A stretch of DNA of 64,000 nt, from positions 1 to 64,000 of IMG/VR virus record IMGVR_UViG_3300002835_000029; one strand, given 5' to 3'. The stretch comes from an uncultured virus (IMG/VR IMGVR_UViG_3300002835_000029). Its lineage: Duplodnaviria; Heunggongvirae; Uroviricota; Caudoviricetes. The position numbers were made by a program, and so were the translations under genes. The notes below the pieces were generated by a model. It was not told the DNA's origin, made no database searches, and saw only the letters and a list, made by a program, of their open reading frames with translations. Of this stretch, positions 19,490 to 28,794 are shown one piece after another; the stretch's first letter is position 1; every line of letters begins with the position of its first letter.

Positions 19490-19990
19490 ATGAACCCACA
19501 GCCACATCCTAGCGTTGGAAATTTTTGGGCATTTGTTATCATTTGCTTAACAATTTTTTATACATATAAGGCATACATTGAGGGCAAATCAATTAGCTTC
19601 AACAAGCTAGATAAGTTTGTTATTGGATATGTAGAAGACTACACGTATATTGAAAAACCAAAACAAGTAAAGGTTGTACCAACACAAAGCTGTGCTGTCA
19701 AGAGTGTACCAAAACGCACCGTTGCAGATAAGCCCAAACCTAAGAAAAATAACCCCGTCATTAATCAACCGGCAACCATACCTACTATTACACCAACAAC
19801 AACAACCCCTAAACCAAAACCAGTACGAGATGAGCAACTTTACAATGATTGTATTAGTTCGCTTGTAGCACTTGGATACAAAAAGACAGAAGCAAAACAG
19901 AAAACCAAACAAGCTTTTGATAATCATAAAGTAACTAGTATTCAAGAATTTATCAAGCTTATTACTATCAATACTATAGATTTCTCATGA
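19490..19990 (+). CDS. Membrane-anchored protein with Pro/Thr/Lys linker and RuvA C-terminal-like domain
   Basis: TM FWAFVIICLTIFY; PT-rich linker; DCISSLVALGYKKTEAK. Confidence 0.65.
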   Translation: MNPQPHPSVGNFWAFVIICLTIFYTYKAYIEGKSISFNKLDKFVIGYVEDYTYIEKPKQVKVVPTQSCAVKSVPKRTVADKPKPKKNNPVINQPATIPTITPTTTTPKPKPVRDEQLYNDCISSLVALGYKKTEAKQKTKQAFDNHKVTSIQEFIKLITINTIDFS

Positions 19991-20394
19991 ATATAATAGA
20001 TCAATCACTTGAAATAGCACTGAGCCTTTTACCTAAAGCCAAAGAGGAAAGACAAACTAAGAATAAATTTTTTCACTTTGCTTTTGGATACAAGAAAAAT
20101 AAACTTCTTGCAATAGGGCAAAACAATCCAGAGAAAACCCATACTCAAGCACTAGTATTAGCTAAAAGGTTCAATACAGATAGTGAATACCCTTACTTTC
20201 ACGCAGAAACTGATCTAATATCTCGTTTATGGGGTAAATATTATATAGATAATAGCCTCAAAATGGTTATTATAAGACTAAATAAGCGTGGCGAATTAAG
20301 ATGTAGTCAGCCGTGCGATAAGTGTGATAGAATAATGAGATCTCTAGGTATTAACAAAGTATGGTGGAGCATAGACAATGGATTCAATAAATAA
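19987..20394 (+). CDS. Zn-dependent deaminase (CDA superfamily)
   Basis: HAE...QPCDKC. Confidence 0.8.
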   Translation: MNIIDQSLEIALSLLPKAKEERQTKNKFFHFAFGYKKNKLLAIGQNNPEKTHTQALVLAKRFNTDSEYPYFHAETDLISRLWGKYYIDNSLKMVIIRLNKRGELRCSQPCDKCDRIMRSLGINKVWWSIDNGFNK

Positions 20395-20938
20395 CTTAGT
20401 TGGCATGAGAGTTTATTTAGTTGGTGCTATGGATAGAGTTCCAGACGGTGGAACTACTTGGCGTAAGCGAATAACTCCATATCTAAACGAACTAGGGGTA
20501 ACTGTCATTGACCCGTGCGACAAACCAATCAATGGGGTTATTGAAGATGAAGAGACTAGGCACTGGATAGAATACTACAAAGAGACAGAAAAGTATGAAA
20601 AGATCAAAGAGAAATTTGGTATAATACGCAGTGCAGATTTGCGATGTGTAGATATATCTGACTTCATTATTGCTCATATTGATCTTAATATTCATGCTTG
20701 TGGAACATACGAAGAGATAGTAACAGCTAATAGGGAGAAAAAGCCAGTTTTAATATGGTGCGAACAGGGTAAAAGCCAAGCACCCAATTGGTTATTCTTT
20801 ATGTTGCCACACGAACATATATTTAATTCTCTGAGCGAGGTATTAAACTATCTTAGCTATATAAATCAAGAAGAAGACGTAACAAAACTAAAACGATGGT
20901 TCTTTTTTAGGAATAACAAAATAAACTATGAATACTAA
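20378..20938 (+). CDS. Nucleoside 2-deoxyribosyltransferase / nucleotide N-glycosidase-like protein
   Basis: VYLVGAM, WR, DLRCVDISD, GTYEE. Confidence 0.8.
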   Translation: MDSINNLVGMRVYLVGAMDRVPDGGTTWRKRITPYLNELGVTVIDPCDKPINGVIEDEETRHWIEYYKETEKYEKIKEKFGIIRSADLRCVDISDFIIAHIDLNIHACGTYEEIVTANREKKPVLIWCEQGKSQAPNWLFFMLPHEHIFNSLSEVLNYLSYINQEEDVTKLKRWFFFRNNKINYEY

Positions 20939-22001
20939 AATTAATGTAATGGCCCCAATTAATCAGCTTGGTTACGGCGTATCATCCTTAAACATTATCA
21001 AAGAACTATCTAAATCCATAGAAGTTTCTTTATTCATGATAGGACAACCTCAAGTAACAAATCAAGAAGATGCCGACATAATCTCTAAATGTATAAAAAA
21101 TTCTCAGTTTTATGATTATAATGCCCCATGTATTAAAATATGGCATCAACATGATATGGCACAATTTGCTGGCAAAGGAACCAGAATAGGGTTTCCGATA
21201 TTTGAGTTGGATAAGTTTAATGATTTTGAAAAGCATCAACTTCAATCTTTAGATAGAGTGTTTGTATGTTCAGAATGGGCTAAGAAAATAGTATTAAATA
21301 ATACAACTATTGAAGAATCTAACGTTATAGTAGTCCCGCTGGGTGTTGATTCATCTATTTTTCAGCCGTCTGAAATGCCACAAAATAGTCCAACAAGATT
21401 TTTTAATTGTGGTAAATGGGAAATAAGAAAGGGGCATGATGTATTAGTTGATATATTTAACTCAGCGTTTAACGAAGATGATAATGTAGAACTATTCATG
21501 ATGTGCGAAAATCCTTTCTGCACAGAGCAGGAACAAAATGAATGGATAAATCTATATAAAAAGTCTAAACTGGGATCTAAAATACATATTATTCCACGAC
21601 AGAACACTCAGCAAGAAGTGTATAATATAATGTCCCAAACTCATTGTGGAATATTTCCAGCAAGAGCAGAGGGGTGGAATTTAGAGCTATTAGAAATGAT
21701 GGCTTGTGGAAAACGTGTAATAGCCACAGATTATTCTGCCCATACAGAATTTTGTAACTCTAATAATGCATTGTTAATACCTATAGAAGAAACCGAAACT
21801 GCATATGACGGTAAATGGTTTCACGGTCAAGGTAATTGGGCTAGGATAGATAATAGGGCCAAAAATATTGCTATAAAATATATGCAAAATATCCATGAAC
21901 TAAATATAACTAATAGTTTAACTGTTAACGAATATGGAATTACAACTGCTAAAAATTTTAGCTGGAAAAACACCGGGAGAAAAATATTAAATGTTATTTA
22001 A
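20928..22001 (+). CDS. GT4 (GT-B) glycosyltransferase
   Basis: GKWEIRKGHD, EGWNLELLEMMACG, TDYSAH. Confidence 0.88.
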   Translation: MNTKINVMAPINQLGYGVSSLNIIKELSKSIEVSLFMIGQPQVTNQEDADIISKCIKNSQFYDYNAPCIKIWHQHDMAQFAGKGTRIGFPIFELDKFNDFEKHQLQSLDRVFVCSEWAKKIVLNNTTIEESNVIVVPLGVDSSIFQPSEMPQNSPTRFFNCGKWEIRKGHDVLVDIFNSAFNEDDNVELFMMCENPFCTEQEQNEWINLYKKSKLGSKIHIIPRQNTQQEVYNIMSQTHCGIFPARAEGWNLELLEMMACGKRVIATDYSAHTEFCNSNNALLIPIEETETAYDGKWFHGQGNWARIDNRAKNIAIKYMQNIHELNITNSLTVNEYGITTAKNFSWKNTGRKILNVI

Positions 22002-22362
22002 TTTCTTCAAGAAAAAACCAGATAATGAACAAGTTTCAGAACCTAATGAAGTTTTAGCAAAAATAAGTTATATAGTTTCTAAAGGTTCAGATTCTACGAT
22101 AGTGGATGTAGAACTGGAGGATTATAGTGATGAATCTATTGAATCACTGTGTTATATAATCGACACTTTAGCAGAAGATAGGGCGATACTAGAAACTATG
22201 AATATAGTAAAAAATGCCCTTGTAGAAGAAGGTAGAGAAGATTGTCTAATTAAAATTTTCAATCTTATTAGTAAAGATACTAAAGCAAAAATCATAAATG
22301 GGCATAAAGATAGTAAGGCGGATGAACCTTGTATAAAACCGTCTGAAGTTTTCACAAAATAG
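21991..22362 (+). CDS. Hypothetical protein
   Basis: 123 aa ORF overlapping the upstream gene. Confidence 0.65.
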   Translation: MLFNFFKKKPDNEQVSEPNEVLAKISYIVSKGSDSTIVDVELEDYSDESIESLCYIIDTLAEDRAILETMNIVKNALVEEGREDCLIKIFNLISKDTKAKIINGHKDSKADEPCIKPSEVFTK

Positions 22363-22371
22363 GAGTCATAT

Positions 22372-22827
22372 ATGTCTAAAAAAATAGGATGGCAAAAATA
22401 TGAAGATTATATTGAAAAACAATTATCATGCCCCATATTACAGAATATAATACAGAATATGATGCCAGAAGCAGAAGAAGATATTTTGGGTGAAGAAGAC
22501 GATGACGATGATGAAGACGAATCATATGAAGATGAAGACAATAAAAAAGATATGATGTCAGCAGCTTTGCATAAGATGTTGCCACTCACTCCGCAGGTAA
22601 TAGATGATATATCTATGTTAGCTAATTTTGACTGCTGGATTGGTCACACAAACTTCGATATTACACCAGCCATAAAAAATAAACTCAATAAAATGCCCGG
22701 TATTGAGATACTAAAAATCTTTAGTCGTTATAGATTTTTTGTTGGTATAGGACAGATGTTTGATTTTCAGAATATAAGATTTGATATTGAACAAGAACTT
22801 ATAAAAGGAGAATTTGATGATGAGTAA
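22372..22827 (+). CDS. Hypothetical protein with acidic tract
   Basis: AGGAG SD; EEDDDDDEDE tract. Confidence 0.7.
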   Translation: MSKKIGWQKYEDYIEKQLSCPILQNIIQNMMPEAEEDILGEEDDDDDEDESYEDEDNKKDMMSAALHKMLPLTPQVIDDISMLANFDCWIGHTNFDITPAIKNKLNKMPGIEILKIFSRYRFFVGIGQMFDFQNIRFDIEQELIKGEFDDE

Positions 22828-23293
22828 TTGCATAGATGATAAGATACAGGTTGCCCTTAAGGATGAAAATATTGTTAAAATTATGAATAAGGCTTCTAAG
22901 AGATTTAGAAATCAATTAGATGCTGATTCTATAAAGACTTGCCAACTTAATGCGTTATGGAAAACATTCGTTAACTACAATGCAGAAAAGGGAGCTAAAT
23001 TTACAACTTATCTATATAAGGGCGTGTTTATTGAGTGCATGAAGGAGATTAAGTTTGCCAATAAAAATAAGTCTTTTGGAATGTTGCACCAAAATATAGC
23101 ATCCAATACAGATCCATTTTTTAGTATTGATCTAATGGACGAGTTTAAGAATTCAGAAGATAGGGATTTGATTGAAGATAGACTTAGCAATATGACTATA
23201 GCAGAAATATCTGAAAAACGTGGTAAAAATAGGGAAAGTATTAGACGTAAAATCCACAAACTTGCAGACAACATAAAAGATAAATTCTGTTAA
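22817..23293 (+). CDS. Phage RNA polymerase sigma factor (compact sigma70-like)
   Basis: Region 2-like ALWKTFVNYNAEKGAKFTTYLY; region 4 HTH MTIAEISEKRGKNRESIRRKI. Confidence 0.8.
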   Translation: MMSNCIDDKIQVALKDENIVKIMNKASKRFRNQLDADSIKTCQLNALWKTFVNYNAEKGAKFTTYLYKGVFIECMKEIKFANKNKSFGMLHQNIASNTDPFFSIDLMDEFKNSEDRDLIEDRLSNMTIAEISEKRGKNRESIRRKIHKLADNIKDKFC

Positions 23294-23295
23294 AT

Positions 23296-23302
23296 GTGTA
23301 TA
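23296..23302 (+). promoter_or_regulatory. GTGTATA candidate late promoter
   Basis: Immediately after the sigma gene stop and upstream of the structural/lysis block. Confidence 0.55.
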
Positions 23303-23377
23303 TAATTTTAGGAACTGGACTATAAAAGGATGCGGAATTATTACTTTGCAAATTTTATTTAATAAAAGGAGAATAAT

Positions 23378-23995
23378 ATGGCATCCCAAAAAGCAGTTTC
23401 TGCAAATGCATACAATAATGACGGTGGCGTTGTTCTAAATGGCGGTGCTGTTAGTGAAAATCTAACAGATCTATCACTTATCAACAATTTAGCTGACGTT
23501 CCGGGCTATGGTACAGTTGTAACTGAAGATACACCTACAGCCCCAAATAATTTTCGTGATCCACACGGTGTAACAAGGGCAAAAGAGGGTGGCACTTTTG
23601 CATATACTCCACCCGCTGGTAGCGAATTTCTATTAATGGCCGCTGGTGATACCAATGCTGGTAAAATCAATGGATCATCTTCAACTATTTTAACTATCCC
23701 CGGTGGTGCTACAGAAGCCGTAGTTAATAAGAATCTAAAGACTACTCAGTTTGGTTCATATGCTACAAGAACATTTAATGTTCTTGCAACTCCATCTAGT
23801 GGCAATTTCCCCGGTCTTACCAGAGGTACTGGTGCTGGTACTGCTGTAACTTATAGAGCTACCAGCGGTAACTTCCCAGCCGTTGATGATGCTGCAAGTA
23901 CTAGTAGAGCAGTTCCCGGTGAACTTACCTATAGATTTGGAGCAGCTTTACCAACTCGTAATGTTGCCTACAAGGCTAAAGATAGTAACGAATAA
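23378..23995 (+). CDS. Probable virion structural protein
   Basis: AAGGAG SD; Gly/Ala/Thr/Asn-rich, no Cys; downstream hairpin 24008..24046. Confidence 0.6.
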   Translation: MASQKAVSANAYNNDGGVVLNGGAVSENLTDLSLINNLADVPGYGTVVTEDTPTAPNNFRDPHGVTRAKEGGTFAYTPPAGSEFLLMAAGDTNAGKINGSSSTILTIPGGATEAVVNKNLKTTQFGSYATRTFNVLATPSSGNFPGLTRGTGAGTAVTYRATSGNFPAVDDAASTSRAVPGELTYRFGAALPTRNVAYKAKDSNE

Positions 23996-24069
23996 GTCGT
24001 TATTTTTGGATAAGTGCCTTTTGAGAAATCTTAAGGCACTTTATCCTTCTTTTTCCTACGGAGGCAATT

Positions 24070-24663
24070 ATGCTAGACATAAAAAGTCCAGAACATATCA
24101 CCTTTATATTTACTATCATTGGTGGTCTAGGAACATTTTTTAGCTTAATGTGGGTCAAGGTAATAAAACCAACAGTTAAATTTGTTAAAGGGCAGGAAGA
24201 AGTTGGTAGATCATTAGAAACAATCAAAAAAGAACTAACAACTAATGGTGGAAATAGCCTAAAAGACGCTATTGTAGACTTAAGATCTACCGTTAATAGG
24301 ATGGAAAAAAGACAAAAAGTTATAGAACAAAGAACAAAAGCCGCACTTCACTATAATGATGCGGCATTATTTGAAACAGATGATCATGGTAGACTAACTT
24401 GGACCAATAATAATTTTTATGAATTAACACAAGAAGTTATTAACAGTGTAGAAGGTTATGATTGGCTCAATTATATAAAAGAAGAAGATAGAGAAGATCT
24501 TTTTGATGAATTGAAATCTTGCTTAAAAATGAATAGAAAATTAGTCAAAACAGTACAAACAGTAGATGATAAGATAGTAAAAATGATGGGATTTCCATAT
24601 AGGATAAATGACAAGGAGCATGGTGGATTTTTAATAAGCATTTCTCAACTCAAGGAGATATAA
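24070..24663 (+). CDS. Single-TM protein with coiled coil (NGGNSLKD) and C-terminal PAS-like domain
   Basis: TM ITFIFTIIGGLGTFFSLMW; ALFETDDHGRLTWTNNNFYELT...VEGYDWLNYIKEEDRE matches the PAS pattern. Confidence 0.75.
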   Translation: MLDIKSPEHITFIFTIIGGLGTFFSLMWVKVIKPTVKFVKGQEEVGRSLETIKKELTTNGGNSLKDAIVDLRSTVNRMEKRQKVIEQRTKAALHYNDAALFETDDHGRLTWTNNNFYELTQEVINSVEGYDWLNYIKEEDREDLFDELKSCLKMNRKLVKTVQTVDDKIVKMMGFPYRINDKEHGGFLISISQLKEI

Positions 24664-24664
24664 G

Positions 24665-24886
24665 ATGTTAGATCTAAAAGTAGGTTCAAAAGCATTCTCA
24701 TTAAATACAACTGATCTTATTTCAGTTGGTAAGAACGCAGCATTAGTTGGTTTAGCCGCACTATTAACATATATTGGCGAAAATCTAACTAAGCTTGATC
24801 TTGGTAGCATGACAGCACTAATTGTGCCTGTTACAGTAGTATTAATTAACACAGTAGTTAAATGGGCAAAGGATAACTCAAAGTGA
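24665..24886 (+). CDS. Putative holin (two TM)
   Basis: 73 aa; two hydrophobic helices and a short charged C-terminus KWAKDNSK. Confidence 0.6.
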   Translation: MLDLKVGSKAFSLNTTDLISVGKNAALVGLAALLTYIGENLTKLDLGSMTALIVPVTVVLINTVVKWAKDNSK

Positions 24887-25803
24887 TGTTCAAGACACCG
24901 AAAGATTTATTAAAAGCCTATAAAGATGGCTTTGTAGGATCATACTGTGACCCAAAAGAGTTGGACAAGCTCTTAGGAGAACTGCCACATCCACTATTTG
25001 GTGTGGCAGCACATGATTTATATGGTACTGGAAAAGGAAAACTATCCCTACCGTTTAAGTCTCTCTTGAAGTTTGATCCCTCTTTTGGTCCATCAGAAAG
25101 GCAAGTCCAAGGAGATTGTGTTTCACATGCAACGCGAAATAGCGTAGATATTACACGCAGTTGTGAAATTATAAATGGACAACGAGAAGAGTTTGTGGCC
25201 CGTGGTGCTACTGAAGGTATTTATGGTTCACGCGGACACGGCGGTGAAGGTATGACTTGTGGTGGTGCTGCTAAATTCGTCCACCAAAATGGAGGAATAT
25301 TACTTCGTCAAAAGTACGGAGATTATGATCTTTCAACATATAGTGCTATTGGTGGCAGATGGGGTCGTACTGGTGTTCCAGAAGAATTAGTAAAAGCAGC
25401 AAAGAAACATCAAGTTAAGACTATCAGTTTAATTAACACAATAGATCAAGCCAGAGATGCAATAGCCAACGGTTATTCTATTAGTGTATGCAGTAATTCT
25501 GGATTTAGTTCTAGAAGAGATAAGAATGGTATTGCCGCCCGATCTGGATCATGGGGTCACGCGATGGCTTGGATTGGGATGGATGATACTCATGAAATTT
25601 ATAATGAAACACTATTCTTAGTCCAAAACTCTTGGGGGGTTTGGAATAATGGTGAGAAGCGTTTAGATCAACCAGATGGAAGTTTCTGGATAAGAGAACG
25701 AGATGCAGCAGAAATGTTAGCACAGAATGGCTCTTGGGTATTTAGTGATGTAGACGGCTTTCCTCCAAGAAAAGTAATTTGGACATTAAAAGATCAATTC
25801 TAA
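24886..25803 (+). CDS. Papain-family (C1) cysteine peptidase
   Basis: QVQGDCVSHA (Gln/Cys), WGHAM (His), VQNSWG (Asn). Confidence 0.85.
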   Translation: MFKTPKDLLKAYKDGFVGSYCDPKELDKLLGELPHPLFGVAAHDLYGTGKGKLSLPFKSLLKFDPSFGPSERQVQGDCVSHATRNSVDITRSCEIINGQREEFVARGATEGIYGSRGHGGEGMTCGGAAKFVHQNGGILLRQKYGDYDLSTYSAIGGRWGRTGVPEELVKAAKKHQVKTISLINTIDQARDAIANGYSISVCSNSGFSSRRDKNGIAARSGSWGHAMAWIGMDDTHEIYNETLFLVQNSWGVWNNGEKRLDQPDGSFWIRERDAAEMLAQNGSWVFSDVDGFPPRKVIWTLKDQF

Positions 25804-25816
25804 AAAGGGGTAAAAT

Positions 25817-26065
25817 ATGCCAATTTCAACAACAGATGTAATCACTAATGTAGTTTCTGGTAGAGAAACAATTCAAAACGGTTCAGCCGTTGTATATTGC
25901 TGGTTCGGAAAGCCAGTTAGTGGGAGTGGCAATTATCAAGCTCTTATAAGTCCATTTGAATATGAGAAATCTTATTCATATACAGCTATAGAAAACAGAC
26001 TAAAAGATAGATTTGATGACGTTACTTATTATACTACCGGATCTTCTGGCATATTAGGAGTTTAA
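25817..26065 (+). CDS. Small putative virion protein
   Basis: 82 aa ORF directly preceding the fibre gene. Confidence 0.55.
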   Translation: MPISTTDVITNVVSGRETIQNGSAVVYCWFGKPVSGSGNYQALISPFEYEKSYSYTAIENRLKDRFDDVTYYTTGSSGILGV

Positions 26066-26066
26066 G

Positions 26067-27572
26067 ATGGTTGTCACAAGAATACACCAATTACCATCTA
26101 GTTCCTCTATAACTCCAGACGATGTTTTGGTAATGGTAGATAATCCAGATGGAACACCTGTAACTAAAAAAATATTATGGAAGGATGTTGATGCACCATC
26201 TGGCACTATTACATATGGTCGCCGCAATAATCAGTGGGTTGATATTACATCTCCAGCTAATTTACAAATTCGTAGAGGAACATTAGCAGAAGTTAATGCA
26301 ATAACTCCATTAGAAGGTGAGCCTTTATGGGCTACCGACTCCAAAGTATTACGAATGGGTGATGGTATTACACAAGGAGGTGTGCCAATAAGTTTTTCTG
26401 AAAGCATACCTGCACTAACGACGACTATCACAGGGTCTACTCCAATATATTCAAGGAATGCAGCCCTTATTACTTTTCCTAAAAACATAATGACAATAAA
26501 TGGAAATGTGTTAACAGGAACAGGACCGTGGGTTGAAGGTTCGTGGCCCCTCTATAATAATCAAGATTTTGTTGATGGTAGAATAGCTACTATTTCATCC
26601 AACATAGAAGGTCTTACCGGTAATTTATTTTCTACTATGGGTACTGTCACTAATCTTACAAGCATATTACTAAATAATTTTAAATATATAAATGGAAATT
26701 TGTTTGATTCTACTACGATGAATAGTTTAACAACTCTGTCATTACCAGAAATTGTACATATTACTGGGAATTTTGGATTAACAGCAAATGCTCTAACGTC
26801 TTTTCAAATGCCAAAGCTCACTTATGCAAAATATTTATTATTTACTGGCTCAAACTTGACATCAATAAGCTTACCATTATTAAATACTATTGATTATTTT
26901 AATTTAACAGCAAACAGCTTAAGCTCTTTATCTCTACCATCATTACAGTATGTTGTTACTAGCAACGGTGGAAATTTTAATATCTCTTCGTCTTCTATGA
27001 CATCAATATCTATTCCATCGATAGTAGCGGTAGGGAGTTCTTTTTCTAGTACCATAACATTCACAACCCCCGTTTTACAAACACTAACTCTTCCTTCTCT
27101 TGGAACATGGAAAAGTTGTGGTTTGAATGTGTCTATAACTAATGCTTCGCTAAATCAAAGTAGTGTTGATAATTTATTAGCAACATTCGCATACATGGAT
27201 GGAACTAATGGAACAACATCTTATGGATCTCCTAATGCAAGAAGTATCAATATTAGTGGAGGGTCTAGCGCATCTCCTTCAAATTTAGGCAGTATTACTA
27301 CCAATGGTTCAAATTTCGTTTGTTCTGGTACAACTTGTACTGTAAATTTAACTAATCATGGATATCTCAGTGGAGATGTATTAAGAGTCAGTGGAATTAC
27401 AACAGCTACAAATGCAAACAGGTATGCTGTTATTACGGTAACTAATAGTAATCAATTTACTTATACTATATCATCTCAAACAGCAACTGGTGCTGGCACA
27501 GCCACTATCATTAAAGCTGGCTCTAGTGCAAAAGCATTAGTAACCAGAGGAGTAACACTAACTACTAACTAA
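26067..27572 (+). CDS. Tail fibre/adhesin: Mtd_N-like domain plus LRR/receptor-L-like repeats
   Basis: LQIRRGT..P.EGEP...D...RMGDG.T.GG; repeated LTSISLP-L units. Confidence 0.7.
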   Translation: MVVTRIHQLPSSSSITPDDVLVMVDNPDGTPVTKKILWKDVDAPSGTITYGRRNNQWVDITSPANLQIRRGTLAEVNAITPLEGEPLWATDSKVLRMGDGITQGGVPISFSESIPALTTTITGSTPIYSRNAALITFPKNIMTINGNVLTGTGPWVEGSWPLYNNQDFVDGRIATISSNIEGLTGNLFSTMGTVTNLTSILLNNFKYINGNLFDSTTMNSLTTLSLPEIVHITGNFGLTANALTSFQMPKLTYAKYLLFTGSNLTSISLPLLNTIDYFNLTANSLSSLSLPSLQYVVTSNGGNFNISSSSMTSISIPSIVAVGSSFSSTITFTTPVLQTLTLPSLGTWKSCGLNVSITNASLNQSSVDNLLATFAYMDGTNGTTSYGSPNARSINISGGSSASPSNLGSITTNGSNFVCSGTTCTVNLTNHGYLSGDVLRVSGITTATNANRYAVITVTNSNQFTYTISSQTATGAGTATIIKAGSSAKALVTRGVTLTTN

Positions 27573-27573
27573 T

Positions 27574-28785
27574 ATGTATCCATCTGTAAATCATCCAATT
27601 AACTGCGGTTTAGCATCAACCGTAAACTTCAATAATTATGCTAAAAAAAGGATTAGCGATAGATCTTTTGACATTGTAGGTAATGTCATAAATAGAATTA
27701 CAGTGTCTGGCTCTAATTCTATAGCTTATGATAAAGATAAAATGCTCAATAGGCAAACTAGTGCTGAATATGTTACAGATTTTACTATACAAAATATATT
27801 CAATCAATCTACATTCAATAGCCTTGTTAAATTTTCATCATCCAATCCATCTGTATTAACTATAAATAATAATGGTGGAATAGCTACGTATCAGAATGAT
27901 GGATATTGTACTATTACAGCAATATCTAATGATGGTGAAACATCAGCAATAGGACTGTATGCTCAAAAAACATATTCTGGAAATATAGACTCTTTTAACA
28001 GTTGGGCTAATAATTCATTAGCAAAAAATACTACTGATGCCATCGACAGTCGTATAAGCAACAAAGTTCCCGGTTACTCAAAACCTATTTTTTCTAATAT
28101 AAACAACTCATCTAATATTTATATTAGAAATACAGGATGTTGGGTTTCAGACATAGATTTAACGTGCATAAGTCCATGGAACTCATATGGTGGCAATAAT
28201 ATGGCGGGAGTACTTATTTCTCCTCGTCATGTTTTATTTGCCGCCCACTATCAACCACCAGTAGGAACAACAATAAGATATGTCACATCAGACAATATTG
28301 TTATTAATAGAACTATTGAAACATTGCAAACAGATCCTTCATACACTCCATATTATCCAGATATAACTATTGGTGTATTAAATTCTGATGTTCCTAATAG
28401 TATATCATTTGCTAAAATTTTGCCAGAAAACTGGACATCGTATTTACCTTCTATTTCTCATCCAATAAAACTTCCAGTTTTAATAACGGATCAAGAAAAA
28501 AAAGCTATGGTTGCTGATTTATATGCAATATCTAATCAAGTTGTACTGATGCGCCCGACAAATTCTTTTAGATTATCATTTTATGAAGATATTATTGGCG
28601 GAGATTCTGGTAGTCCATCATTTCTAATAATTAACAATCAATTAGTAGTTCTTACAGTTTGGACTAGTTCTAGTTTGGGTACATTTATAACTCAAAGAAA
28701 AAATGCTATCAACACAATGATGTCTCAGCTTGGCGGTGGGTATCAACTAACTGAAATAGATCTTTCATCTTTTTTATCTTATTAG
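27574..28785 (+). CDS. Ig-like (Big_2) plus trypsin-like serine protease
   Basis: FSSSNPSVLTI..G.CTITA; LISPRHVLFAAHY, DITIG, GGDSGSP. Confidence 0.8.
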   Translation: MYPSVNHPINCGLASTVNFNNYAKKRISDRSFDIVGNVINRITVSGSNSIAYDKDKMLNRQTSAEYVTDFTIQNIFNQSTFNSLVKFSSSNPSVLTINNNGGIATYQNDGYCTITAISNDGETSAIGLYAQKTYSGNIDSFNSWANNSLAKNTTDAIDSRISNKVPGYSKPIFSNINNSSNIYIRNTGCWVSDIDLTCISPWNSYGGNNMAGVLISPRHVLFAAHYQPPVGTTIRYVTSDNIVINRTIETLQTDPSYTPYYPDITIGVLNSDVPNSISFAKILPENWTSYLPSISHPIKLPVLITDQEKKAMVADLYAISNQVVLMRPTNSFRLSFYEDIIGGDSGSPSFLIINNQLVVLTVWTSSSLGTFITQRKNAINTMMSQLGGGYQLTEIDLSSFLSY

Positions 28786-28794
28786 GAGTTTAAT

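Noticed and set aside
22470..22540. GAT/GAA low-complexity repeat as a DNA element
   Set aside because: Simply encodes the acidic tract of ORF 22372..22827
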